Notes: generated by a model not told the origin, from the sequence alone. DNA of 38,872 nt from an archaeon (GCA_027341315.1 DAIENA010000001.1:1-38872); one strand, 5' to 3'; positions 1 through 8,900 are shown, numbered from the stretch's first letter. A program made the numbers and translations.

Positions 1-975
1 TGTTCCGACTCCTATTTTTGGATAATAGTGAGTAACTTTTCCAATGAACTCTTTTTTAGTTGTTGCTGCGGAGTTTTCAACAGTTGAAAAGTCGTCGTTT
101 GTCGGCGTCCCCAAATAAAAACCTGACGAGAAACCCCTGTTGTAAACTTTTTTTAGTTCTTCCAAATAATTATCAATCTCTTTTTTTGTTAATTTTTTGT
201 CCAGCGCATTTCTGTAAATTCTCACGACGGTGTCGACGTATCTTGCGTCCCGGTTTCGCCCTTCAATTTTAAATGAAACAATTCCCGCTTCTTTTAATTT
301 TTCCATGAATGGCAGCGCACATAAATCTTTTGCGGACATAACTGTATTTCGATTTATTTTTAATTCTTTTCCCTCTTCGTCGGTGATTTTATAACTTCGT
401 CGGCAGACCTGCGTGCACATTCCGCGGTTTGCACTTCGTTTGAATAATTCCTGAGACATAAAACATCTTCCGGAAACTGCGACGCACATCGCTCCGTGAA
501 TGAAACATTCGACCGGAACGATTTTTGAAATTTTTTTTATCTGTTTAAGATTCAATTCTCTTGCGAGAACCACTCTTTGTGCGCCTAAAGATTTGTAAAA
601 TTTTGCAGCTTCGGCGTTTGAAACCGACGCTTGTGTTGAAACATGAAATGGAATTTTGAATTTTCGGCATAAATTTATTACAGACAAATCCCAGCAGATT
701 ATTGCATCAACCTTTCCCTTAATTTTTTTTAGAATACTCTCCACTTTTTTTATTTCTTCGTCGTAAATTATCACGTTTAAAGTTAGATACTTTTTAATTT
801 TTTTTCCGGTAATTTTGTTTATTTTGTCCAAATCCTGAATTGTAAAATTTTTAGCATTATCTCTCATAGAAAATTCTTTGAGCCCGAAGTAAACCGCGTC
901 GGCGCCGGCTTTAACCGCGGTTGCCAGCATTGAAAAATCTCCCGCCGGCGCTAAAAGTTCATATTTCTTTTTCAT
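1..975 (-). CDS. Peptidase U32 family protein (collagenase-like / RlhA-TrhP-type). Partial: the C-terminus runs off the window start.
   Basis: Open minus-strand frame from ATG (complement of 973-975) to the window edge. My translation starts MKKKYELLAPAGDFSMLATAVKAGADAVYFG. It contains ECFIHGAMCVAVSGRCFMS, which fits the U32 signature E-x-F-x2-G-[SA]-[LIVM]-C-x4-G-x-C-x-[LIVM]-S. Confidence 0.75.
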   Translation of the reverse strand, partial: MKKKYELLAPAGDFSMLATAVKAGADAVYFGLKEFSMRDNAKNFTIQDLDKINKITGKKIKKYLTLNVIIYDEEIKKVESILKKIKGKVDAIICWDLSVINLCRKFKIPFHVSTQASVSNAEAAKFYKSLGAQRVVLARELNLKQIKKISKIVPVECFIHGAMCVAVSGRCFMSQELFKRSANRGMCTQVCRRSYKITDEEGKELKINRNTVMSAKDLCALPFMEKLKEAGIVSFKIEGRNRDARYVDTVVRIYRNALDKKLTKKEIDNYLEELKKVYNRGFSSGFYLGTPTNDDFSTVENSAATTKKEFIGKVTHYYPKIGVGT

Positions 976-999
976 AATAAAAAAAGATTTTGAGAGTTT

Positions 1000-1401
1000 T
1001 TAAGATTTCTTGATTTTATAAAATGGAATTCCCGGCGCTCTTTCCGGTTTTGCAGGTTCAACTTCGATTTTCCCATGAAAAGATATTTCGATATAATCTC
1101 CATTTTTGTAATCTGCATTTGTGAGGACGGTGTATTCCTTTTCGTCCAACCTATACCTCAAACTAAAACCTTTTTTATTGTCATTGAAATTGTAAATTTT
1201 TTCTTTGTCGGCAAAAAATGAAAAACCTTCTTTTGTTTTTTTGAAGCTTAAAACTTTTCTTTCAAGTGATTCATCAACGATTGTAGGTCTTGATCCGTTT
1301 ATATTTCTGACATAAAATCTTTTAGGAGAAAAATTTTTAATTGCATACTTAAGGTTTTTGGAATCGTCTTCTTTTAGGAGCCAATAAACATTAAAATCCA
1401 T
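1000..1401 (-). CDS. Hypothetical protein (133 aa)
   Basis: Intact ORF on the same strand as its neighbours with short gaps. No motif recognised. Confidence 0.5.
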   Translation of the reverse strand: MDFNVYWLLKEDDSKNLKYAIKNFSPKRFYVRNINGSRPTIVDESLERKVLSFKKTKEGFSFFADKEKIYNFNDNKKGFSLRYRLDEKEYTVLTNADYKNGDYIEISFHGKIEVEPAKPERAPGIPFYKIKKS

Positions 1402-1431
1402 GAAAAAGTAAATAAGAAAGGGTTAATAAAA

Positions 1432-1737
1432 TTATTTTTTCTTTTGTTCCTTCTTATTTTTCTTGCCCCATTTCTCGAAGAGAACTTTATTGTCTTCGAT
1501 TTTGAATCTTGAAAGGACGAAGAAGTAAAGTATTGCGAGAAGTCCGAACGAGCCGATTATTGCAAGAACAATCGACAAATTGCCGACGAACCAAACCGCA
1601 AAAATTAAGATGAACCAAATCCAATGTTTTTTTACTGCGGACTTCCACATGGCAAGGAGCGTCCAGACAATCCCCCAAATTAAAATCGCGATGCTAATAA
1701 CCATTTGCGCAGTCGGCGTTGATAAAAATTCAAACAT
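1432..1737 (-). CDS. Small integral membrane protein (about 3 TM helices, Lys-rich C-terminal tail)
   Basis: Hydrophobic segments MVISIAILIWGIVWTLLA, WIWFILIFAVWFV and LAIIGSFGLLAILYFFVL, then a KKNKKEQKKK tail. Confidence 0.55.
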   Translation of the reverse strand: MFEFLSTPTAQMVISIAILIWGIVWTLLAMWKSAVKKHWIWFILIFAVWFVGNLSIVLAIIGSFGLLAILYFFVLSRFKIEDNKVLFEKWGKKNKKEQKKK

Positions 1738-1895
1738 ACCCAGATTAATGAAATTGGTTTTAAAAATGTTGTGAATTAGAAATACTTTTTTATTTTTTTA
1801 AAACTTATCATTCATAAATAGTTAAGAAAGTTTAAATATAAAAAACGTTTTTCCAGCCTTAGGTTGTACCGATTGTGGTAATAAAAAAAGAAATA

Positions 1896-1913
1896 GATAC
1901 AAATTATTGTATC
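1896..1913. promoter_or_regulatory. NrdR-box-like palindrome upstream of nrdR-nrdJ
   Basis: GATACAA-ATTA-TTGTATC is a perfect 7-bp inverted repeat. The inner 16-mer ATACAAATTATTGTAT matches about 12 of 16 positions of the bacterial NrdR-box consensus acaCwAtATaTwgtgt as I recall it. It ends 12 nt before the nrdR ATG. Confidence 0.4.
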
Positions 1914-1924
1914 AAACCAAAAAG

Positions 1925-2362
1925 ATGAACTGTCCATTTTGCAATAGTACAAGATTGAAAGTAACAAACAAAAGAACTTCCCCCGAAGGAATCAGAAGGA
2001 GAAGAGAATGTCTTGATTGTTCAAAAAGATTCACTACGTACGAAAAAATTGCGGAATCGGACATATATGTAGTCAAAAAAGACGGTTCAAGAGAAAAGTT
2101 TGACGGCACAAAATTGAAAAGAGGACTCGATAAGGCATTTGAAAAGAGGCCTGTTTCGCAGGACAAAATAAATCGAGTCGTTTTTGAAATTGAGGAACAA
2201 ATAAGAAAAAAAGGAAAAAAAGAAATAAAAAGTAAAATAATTGGAGAAATGATGATGAAAAAAATAAAAAAATTAGACAAGGTTGCGTATGTCCGATTCG
2301 CGTCGGTGTATAGAGACTTTAAAGATATTGATGACTTCAAGGAGGAGCTAAAAGAATTATAA
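1925..2362 (+). CDS. nrdR: NrdR transcriptional repressor (zinc ribbon plus ATP-cone)
   Basis: MNCPFCNS...ECLDCSKRFTTYE is a CxxC...CxxC ribbon. It is followed by an ATP-cone (VVKKDGSREKFDGTKLKRGL...AYVRFASVYRDF). I chose the ATG at 1925 over the TTG at 1907 because NrdR proteins begin MxCPxC. The stop overlaps the nrdJ start (TAATG). Confidence 0.85.
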   Translation: MNCPFCNSTRLKVTNKRTSPEGIRRRRECLDCSKRFTTYEKIAESDIYVVKKDGSREKFDGTKLKRGLDKAFEKRPVSQDKINRVVFEIEEQIRKKGKKEIKSKIIGEMMMKKIKKLDKVAYVRFASVYRDFKDIDDFKEELKEL

Positions 2363-4872
2363 TGGAAGATGAAAATTTAAACGAGCAGTTGAAAAAACTC
2401 ACCTCTCTGGATATGAGTATAAATCAATTAAAAGTTGTTAAAGATAAATATTTGAAAGATTCTGCGACGGTCGAAGAATGGTTAAGAACTGTTTGCCACA
2501 ACATCGCCCTTTCAGAAGTTTTACATTCCGGAAAAATCAGCGACGAAGAAATTTTTGAAGGAGTAAATCATGAGTTTAAGGAGTATGAGTTTAATGGCAA
2601 AAAAGGAAGGATAATTTTATTTCATAAAGAAGGCGATGACCACAACGGAAGACAACAGAATTTTAAGAAATTTGTGGATAACCTTGAGAGGGCGGCAAGG
2701 AAAAATCCTGAACTCATAAAAGATACTGAAGAAAAGTTTTACAGGCTTTTGTCCGCATTCGACTTTTTACCGAATTCTCCGACGCTGATGAACGCCGGCC
2801 GGGATTTACAGCAATTGAGCGCGTGCTACGTTTTACCCGTCGGTGATTCAATAGAGGAAATTTATGAGTCTGTAAAGAATATGGCGCTGATTCACAAGAG
2901 TGGCGGAGGAACTGGTTTTTCATTTTCAAAATTAAGGCCCGCTCACGACGCTGTTTTAACCACAAAAGGGATTTCGTCCGGCCCCCTTTCATTCATGCAA
3001 ATTTTTGATAAGTCCACCGAAGTTGTTAAACAGGGTGGAACAAGAAGGGGGGCAAATATGGGGATTTTGCATTACACCCATCCGGATATTTTGGATTTTA
3101 TAGATATGAAAAAAACTCCGGGAATTATGGAAAACTTTAACATTTCGGTTACGGTCGACGACAAATTCATGAATGCAGTCAAGAATAACGAGGAATATGA
3201 TTTAATTAATCCAAGGAATAATAAAGTCGCCGGAAAACTTAATGCAAGGGAAGTTTGGAAAAAACTTGTACGCGGAGCATGGGAGACGGGAGACCCCGGA
3301 ATAATTATAATCGACAGGATAAACAATACAGGAAGTAACGCAACGCCGCACCTTGGAATGATTGAATCGACAAATCCGTGCGGAGAGCAGCCGCTTCTTT
3401 CCTATGAACCATGCAATCTCGGGTCGATTAATTTATCCAACTTTGTCGACGAGGAAAAACAATCCTTTGATTATGAAAGACTTAAAGAGACCGTGAAAAT
3501 ATCGACAAGATTTTTGGATAATGTGATCGATATAAATTGTTATCCCATTCCAAAAATTGAGGAGACTGCAAAAAAGACGAGAAGAATCGGTTTAGGAATT
3601 ATGGGTTGGGCAGAGTCGCTTGTGAAATTAGGAATTCCATATAACTCTCCTGATGCTCTTAGAGAAGCAGAGAAGGTTATGAAAATAATTAATGAAACAT
3701 GCATGGATTATTCAAATGAACTTGCAAAAGAGAGAGGAGTTTTTCCGGCATATGAAGGAAGTGTCTTTGATAAGAACAGCAAGTATTTTAGAGGAGTTGA
3801 AAGTTACCCTCGGCATTCGGCAAGAACGACCATTGCACCGACGGGAACAATTGGAATCGCCGCCGGACTTCAGGGCGCGGGAATCGAACCGTTCTTTGCG
3901 ATAGTTTATGTTCGTTACAACGCCGCCGGAATTGATGCGTTAAAAAAAGGAGAAACTCCAAAGGAGAAAGATACTTTTTTTGAAGTGAATCCTTTGTTTG
4001 AAAAAATAGCCAAGCAAAATAATTATTTTGGTTTAAAAAAGGAAGAGTTGTTTTTAAAAATTAATAATAATCATAAGAGCCTCCTTGGAATAAAAGAGAT
4101 TCCGCAAAAAATTCAGAATTTATTTTTGACTTCTCATGATTTAAATCCACGAGAACATGTTTTAATGCAATGTGCTTTTCAGAGATATACAGACAACGCC
4201 GTTTCAAAAACAGTTAACCTTAGAAATGAAGCAACCGTCGAGGACGTTGATGCAGTTTACAAACTCGCATACGAAAACGGCGCCAAGGGTGTTACAATTT
4301 ACAGGGATGGTTCAAAGCAGTTTCAAATTTTAAATATTAATGAAACTAAAAAAGAAACAAAAAAAGAAGTTGACAAAGATTTGCCTGAGTTTGCCAATTA
4401 TTATGAAATTCAGACAGGTCAGGGGTCAATACATATTCACATAAATTATAATGAAGAAAGAATTTCAAAAATTTTTGCGAATCTCTCGCCGATAGGAACG
4501 GAAATTTCCGGAATGGCGACGTCGCTTGCTATTGTTCTTTCAAAATATTTTGAACTTGGCGGAGACCCGATTAGGATTTTAAAACATTTGAATTCTATAA
4601 AATCCGAGAAGCCGTACGGTTTTGGAAAAAATAAAGTTGATTCCATTCCGCACGCGTTTGCGATTGCCATACGAAGACATCTTGTTAAAGTCGGAAAAAT
4701 AAAACCATTGGAAAACGGAAACGGATTCAAAGACCAAAACGACAAAATTGTGGAAATCGACAGGGAAGTGAAAAATCTTCACTGTTCAAAATGTTTCTCG
4801 TCGAATGTCGGAATGGTTTCAGGATGCAGCGAACCGACGTGTTTTGACTGCGGATACAGTAAATGCAGTTAA
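2362..4872 (+). CDS. nrdJ: Class II (adenosylcobalamin-dependent) ribonucleotide reductase
   Basis: 836 aa with LPNSPTLMNAG, SACYVLP, GGGTGFSFSKLRP and the active-site region STNPCGEQPLLSYEPCNLGS. The C-terminal tail is Cys-rich. No intein-sized insertion. Confidence 0.9.
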   Translation: MEDENLNEQLKKLTSLDMSINQLKVVKDKYLKDSATVEEWLRTVCHNIALSEVLHSGKISDEEIFEGVNHEFKEYEFNGKKGRIILFHKEGDDHNGRQQNFKKFVDNLERAARKNPELIKDTEEKFYRLLSAFDFLPNSPTLMNAGRDLQQLSACYVLPVGDSIEEIYESVKNMALIHKSGGGTGFSFSKLRPAHDAVLTTKGISSGPLSFMQIFDKSTEVVKQGGTRRGANMGILHYTHPDILDFIDMKKTPGIMENFNISVTVDDKFMNAVKNNEEYDLINPRNNKVAGKLNAREVWKKLVRGAWETGDPGIIIIDRINNTGSNATPHLGMIESTNPCGEQPLLSYEPCNLGSINLSNFVDEEKQSFDYERLKETVKISTRFLDNVIDINCYPIPKIEETAKKTRRIGLGIMGWAESLVKLGIPYNSPDALREAEKVMKIINETCMDYSNELAKERGVFPAYEGSVFDKNSKYFRGVESYPRHSARTTIAPTGTIGIAAGLQGAGIEPFFAIVYVRYNAAGIDALKKGETPKEKDTFFEVNPLFEKIAKQNNYFGLKKEELFLKINNNHKSLLGIKEIPQKIQNLFLTSHDLNPREHVLMQCAFQRYTDNAVSKTVNLRNEATVEDVDAVYKLAYENGAKGVTIYRDGSKQFQILNINETKKETKKEVDKDLPEFANYYEIQTGQGSIHIHINYNEERISKIFANLSPIGTEISGMATSLAIVLSKYFELGGDPIRILKHLNSIKSEKPYGFGKNKVDSIPHAFAIAIRRHLVKVGKIKPLENGNGFKDQNDKIVEIDREVKNLHCSKCFSSNVGMVSGCSEPTCFDCGYSKCS

Positions 4873-5177
4873 TTTTAAAAATGTTAAGAGAATCTCTATA
4901 TATGCCTAATCAGACATTAGATAATTTTTTGATGGAAAATCAGACGACAATAGGTGTTCAATTTGGAATGGAACCTGAAAATAATATATGGGTTTCAGGA
5001 GTCTCATTTAGTAAAAAAAATTTTGTTTTGGTTAGTCATAAGGCAGAAATTCGCGAAAATAGATATATAACTTATTCCAAAGAATGCAAGAATATAGATG
5101 AAGTATTTGCAAGAGGAAAAGAAATTTTTGAAGAGGTTAAAAAAAATCCGAAAAAGTATTTATATGTTTCTGAGTAA
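4863..5177 (+). CDS. Hypothetical protein (start uncertain)
   Basis: ORF only; several in-frame ATGs within the first 25 codons. No motif recognised. Confidence 0.35.
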   Translation: MQLILKMLRESLYMPNQTLDNFLMENQTTIGVQFGMEPENNIWVSGVSFSKKNFVLVSHKAEIRENRYITYSKECKNIDEVFARGKEIFEEVKKNPKKYLYVSE

Positions 5178-5211
5178 CAAATAATAAAAACTTCTTTTAC
5201 ATTTATTGTTT

Positions 5212-6006
5212 ATGAAAAAACGTTTTATTGAATTATGGGAGAAGATGGGTGCTTCACAGAATCCAGAAGAAGAATTTGAAAGAGTAGTCAAATTATATAA
5301 GAACCCAAAAAGATTTTATCATACTCTGAATGGTCATATAAAAAATTGTCTAATTGAATTTGATTTTATAAAATCATCAATTAAAAATCCACTTCAGATT
5401 GAATTTTCAATTTGGTACCATGACGTAATCTACGACACTCATTCAAAAACTAACGAAGAAGATAGTTCAAATTTAGCTTATAAGGTTTGTATCGAGAATA
5501 ACTTAGCGAAGAATTTTTCTAAAAAAATATCTAAACTAATTTTGTTTACAAAACATAACCTTGAGCCTAAAGATGGAGACACAAAAATCCTTTTAGATAT
5601 AGATTTATCTCGCTTGGGAAAACCTTTTGAAGAATTTAACAAAGATAGTGAAAATATAAGAAAAGAATATTCTTGGGTTCTAGAAAAAGAATACAAGGAA
5701 GATAGAATTAAAGTTCTGAAAAGTTTTTTAGAAAGAAAAAATATTTATTATAATAATTTTTTTAGAGAAAAATATGAATCTCAAGCACGCCAAAACTTAG
5801 AAAAATCAATAGAAATCTTAAGCTCAAATTTAAAAGAGAATCCTCATTATGAGAATGAAGAAGATTTGCCCAAGAAAAAATATTTTGAAGCTCAAGAAAG
5901 AGATAATGGGTTGGAGGCAATGGGCTGGGGCAAACATTGGTTTGAACTTGATGAAGATGATGATTTTGATAGAGGAATAACTCCCTTTAGTCATTGGGAT
6001 GAATAA
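5212..6006 (+). CDS. HD-superfamily metal-dependent phosphohydrolase (COG4339-like) with an acidic C-terminal extension
   Basis: KRFYHTLNGHIKNCL and FSIWYHDVIYD match the H...HD arrangement of this family. ATG at 5212 preferred over TTG at 5206. Confidence 0.6.
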   Translation: MKKRFIELWEKMGASQNPEEEFERVVKLYKNPKRFYHTLNGHIKNCLIEFDFIKSSIKNPLQIEFSIWYHDVIYDTHSKTNEEDSSNLAYKVCIENNLAKNFSKKISKLILFTKHNLEPKDGDTKILLDIDLSRLGKPFEEFNKDSENIRKEYSWVLEKEYKEDRIKVLKSFLERKNIYYNNFFREKYESQARQNLEKSIEILSSNLKENPHYENEEDLPKKKYFEAQERDNGLEAMGWGKHWFELDEDDDFDRGITPFSHWDE

Positions 6007-6007
6007 A

Positions 6008-6538
6008 ATGGAAACAGATAAATCAAAACTCGGGCTTGTTCACGTTTACACCGGCGACGGCAAGGGAAAAACGTCGACGGGAATGGGGCTCGTCGTTCGG
6101 GCGCTTGGCCGCGGTCTGAAGGTGAAAATAATCCAGCTCTTCAAACGCGACACGGGGGAACAATTCTTTTTTGAAAATTCCGGAGTTCCATATTTACAAT
6201 TTAAACCGTTGCATCCATATTTCAAAAATTATGATTCGGCGCAACTTGAAAATATAAAAAAAGAATTTCTTGAATTTTGGAAGGCGGCACTTTTTGATAT
6301 AGACGAATATGACGTTTTACTCGTCGATGAAGTCGGGCCGGGATTAAACTGGGGAATTATTTCTGAAGAATTAATTTTTGATTTGATTGAAAAAAAACCG
6401 AAGCATCTGGAGTTAATAATGACGGGGCGCGACTTTTTGCCGTCAATTCTTGAAAAAGCCGACTACGTTTCCGAGATTAAAAAAATAAAACATCCGTACG
6501 ACGACGGAATTCTTGCGCGTGAAGGCGTGGAGTTTTAG
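6008..6538 (+). CDS. cobO: ATP:cob(I)alamin (corrinoid) adenosyltransferase, CobA/CobO/BtuR type
   Basis: GLVHVYTGDGKGKTSTGMGLVVRALGRGLKVKIIQLFK P-loop, DVLLVDEV, and VSEIKKIKHPYDDGILAREGVEF at the C-terminus. Start 6008 gives the TAA-A-ATG junction used elsewhere in the window; an in-frame ATG at 5999 is the alternative. Confidence 0.8.
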   Translation: METDKSKLGLVHVYTGDGKGKTSTGMGLVVRALGRGLKVKIIQLFKRDTGEQFFFENSGVPYLQFKPLHPYFKNYDSAQLENIKKEFLEFWKAALFDIDEYDVLLVDEVGPGLNWGIISEELIFDLIEKKPKHLELIMTGRDFLPSILEKADYVSEIKKIKHPYDDGILAREGVEF

Positions 6539-6829
6539 ATGATACCAATTCTTTTAATGATTCTTGACCTTCTGGCTTTGACGTCGCTCACGCTTGTTCA
6601 ATTCAAAATAAGTTTCGTCCCGCAACTTGCCATCCTTTCGTCGATTTATTTGATTGCAAAAGGATTTATGTTTAAGGATTTTATGAGCATTATTGATTCA
6701 ATGATTGGAGTTTATCTGATTCTCGCGTTTGCATTCGGCATTTCGTCTTTTTTATACTGGATAATTTTAATTTGGTTTATGTACAAATTATTTTTTGTGG
6801 TGTTATTTAACCTTTTCAACTTTTCATAA
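6539..6829 (+). CDS. Small integral membrane protein (about 3 TM)
   Basis: Its start abuts the cobO stop (TAGATG). Almost entirely hydrophobic. Confidence 0.5.
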   Translation: MIPILLMILDLLALTSLTLVQFKISFVPQLAILSSIYLIAKGFMFKDFMSIIDSMIGVYLILAFAFGISSFLYWIILIWFMYKLFFVVLFNLFNFS

Positions 6830-6863
6830 ATAAAATTAAAAAGGCTGTGTTTATATTAAAAGT

Positions 6864-7922
6864 ATGATTATCGGAATAACCGGAACTTTTGCGTCGGGGA
6901 AAGGGACAATTGTGGAATTTTTGAAAACGCAAGGATTCAAACATTATTCTGTTCGTGGTTTTCTTGCAGATGAACTTGAAAAAAGAGGAATTTCAATTAA
7001 CAGGGATTCTTTAATTGAAATTGGAAATGAACTTCGGGCAAAAAATTCTCCGAGTTACATTGTCGAGCAGATTTATAAAAATGCACAAAGTAACGGCGGA
7101 GACGCGGTCATTGAAAGTTTGAGAGCGGTGGGTGAAGTTGAGTCATTGAAAAATAAAAAAGATTTTTATTTATTCAGCGTCGATGCGCCGATTGAAATTC
7201 GTTACAAACGAGCCGTTCAAAGAAATAACGAAACAGACCACGTAAGTTTCGAAGAATTTTCTTCACGTGAAAAAAGGGAAATAAAAAATAGTGACCCATC
7301 AAAACAAAGTTTGATTGATTGTATGAATCTTGCAAATTTTAAATTTGAAAATAAGGGAACAACTAGAGAGCTTCATGAAAAAGTTGAAAAAGTTTTAGGT
7401 GAAATCAAAAGTAAAATTAAAACACAATGTGTCCGCCCGAATTGGGACGACTACTTCATGTCGATGGCTTACCTGGTTGCGATGAAAAGTAAAGATGAAA
7501 GTACACATATGGGTGCTGTTATCGTCGGTGAAAGTAATGAAATTAAATCCACCGGCTACAACAGTTTTGTCAGAGGATTGAATGATAACGTCGCCGAAAG
7601 ACAGGAAAAACCGGAAAAATATTTTTGGTTTGAACACGCAGAAAGAAATGCGGTTTATAACGCCACTTTAATCGGAACTTCTTTGAGGGGATGTAAAATT
7701 TATACAAACGGAGTTCCGTGTATGGATTGTGCGAGGGCAATAATTCAATCCGGAATATCTGAAGTTATAATTGATAAACAATGGGACGAAAAAAATCCCG
7801 GTCTTTGGTCGGAGCACGCAAAAAGAAGTCTTCAGATGTTCGAAGAAGTTGGAGTCAAGGTTCGATTCTGGACGGGAAATCTTCTTTCAGTCAAAAAATT
7901 CATGAGAGGAGAATTTATTTAA
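6864..7922 (+). CDS. Fusion protein: N-terminal P-loop nucleoside/nucleotide kinase-like domain plus C-terminal dCMP (deoxycytidylate) deaminase
   Basis: N-terminus IIGITGTFASGKGT (Walker A). C-terminal half has HAERNAV and PCMDCARAIIQSG, the zinc-binding HAE / PCxxC motifs of the cytidine/dCMP deaminase family. Confidence 0.75.
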   Translation: MIIGITGTFASGKGTIVEFLKTQGFKHYSVRGFLADELEKRGISINRDSLIEIGNELRAKNSPSYIVEQIYKNAQSNGGDAVIESLRAVGEVESLKNKKDFYLFSVDAPIEIRYKRAVQRNNETDHVSFEEFSSREKREIKNSDPSKQSLIDCMNLANFKFENKGTTRELHEKVEKVLGEIKSKIKTQCVRPNWDDYFMSMAYLVAMKSKDESTHMGAVIVGESNEIKSTGYNSFVRGLNDNVAERQEKPEKYFWFEHAERNAVYNATLIGTSLRGCKIYTNGVPCMDCARAIIQSGISEVIIDKQWDEKNPGLWSEHAKRSLQMFEEVGVKVRFWTGNLLSVKKFMRGEFI

Positions 7923-7925
7923 ATT

Positions 7926-8900
7926 TTATAATAATGAAGAAATTTTATTTGCCATTTGTTGGTTTATTTCTTCTCTCGATGCGTAAATATCAAACCGCGT
8001 AATTTCCGGAATTTCTGATCCATATTTTTTACATGCTTTTTTATATAAATTCTCAAGCCAATCAGTTGCGTATCTTTTATTTACCAAAAGCTGATACTGA
8101 GTTTTTTTCTCATGATCATCTAAATCTCTTCCGTTGCTTCGGCTTTTTCGAAATTCAAGATAATCTTTTTCCTTCCAATTTTCTGGTCCACAAACAACAA
8201 ATAAATTTGTCGGGGAATTTGCAAAAGCAATTTTATGCCCTTCAAGTTGAAGATAATATTCTTCCGATACCCCCTTGGATAAGTAATCTTTGTCATAAAC
8301 TTGATAACATGCTGATTCCTCACTTCGACTTCTCACAATTATTTTATTATTCTCTCGAAGAGGTTTTCTAAATCTTAAAAACTCGTCGGTTCGGTAAACA
8401 CTATGAGATTCTGCAGCCGCCTTTGGATTTAACTCATCTCCAAATTCCGAACGGTTTTGTTCGATTACTCTGTTAACTTGTCCCGAACCTCTTTTTGTTG
8501 GTTCTTCTAATATCCAAACGTCGGCCGAATTTGGGTCGATATACGTCGTTACTTTATTTTTCACCATCGACGCGACACGTAAATCTTGATTCGTTCCTCC
8601 TCCGCTCAATAATTTGTGGGCATACCAAAGAAAATTTTCAGGGGTAGTGGTGGTTGTGGAGGCACAATCTTTTACAGTGAATAAAAACTCACTTAAATTA
8701 ATAAAATCATTTCCCCAATGAGTTTTTATTTCATCTTGAAATTTTTCTGTATGAAAAAGAGCATCGATTTCGGTTCCTCTTAAATCTTTTACAGTTTTTC
8801 CGTCGTTCTGAAAAAAATTAATTATTCCTTCTATTTGCGTGCTTGTTCCGCTCATATCCGGACCACATACAACAATATCAAGAAATTTTCCCCTTCCCAT
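7926..8900 (-). CDS. Thymidylate-kinase-like protein with a degenerate P-loop
   Basis: VVCGPDMSGTST aligns to the Tmk P-loop GxDGxGKTT, with Thr in place of Lys. EEPTKRGSGQ resembles REPGGT, and RSRSEESACYQVY resembles DRYxxSxxAYQ. At 324 aa it is longer than a typical Tmk. Confidence 0.45.
   Translation of the reverse strand: MGRGKFLDIVVCGPDMSGTSTQIEGIINFFQNDGKTVKDLRGTEIDALFHTEKFQDEIKTHWGNDFINLSEFLFTVKDCASTTTTTPENFLWYAHKLLSGGGTNQDLRVASMVKNKVTTYIDPNSADVWILEEPTKRGSGQVNRVIEQNRSEFGDELNPKAAAESHSVYRTDEFLRFRKPLRENNKIIVRSRSEESACYQVYDKDYLSKGVSEEYYLQLEGHKIAFANSPTNLFVVCGPENWKEKDYLEFRKSRSNGRDLDDHEKKTQYQLLVNKRYATDWLENLYKKACKKYGSEIPEITRFDIYASREEINQQMANKISSLL

Noticed and set aside
60-272. Plus-strand 70-aa ORF in the first 300 bp
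   Set aside because: It lies entirely antisense to the well-supported U32 peptidase frame and has a Cys/Arg/Leu-rich composition typical of a shadow ORF.
1912-2340. Antisense ORFs inside conserved genes. Examples: 1912-2340, 2714-2992, 3072-3326, 9275-9712, 12941-13273, 14210-14505, 18632-19093, 25021-25499, 25879-26205, 30682-31170, 32217-32666, 34330-34662 and 37123-37653.
   Set aside because: Each overlaps, on the other strand or in another frame, a gene with clear family motifs. Their translations are low-complexity (Phe/Ser/Leu/Ile-rich), as expected from the complement of Lys/Glu-rich AT-rich coding DNA.
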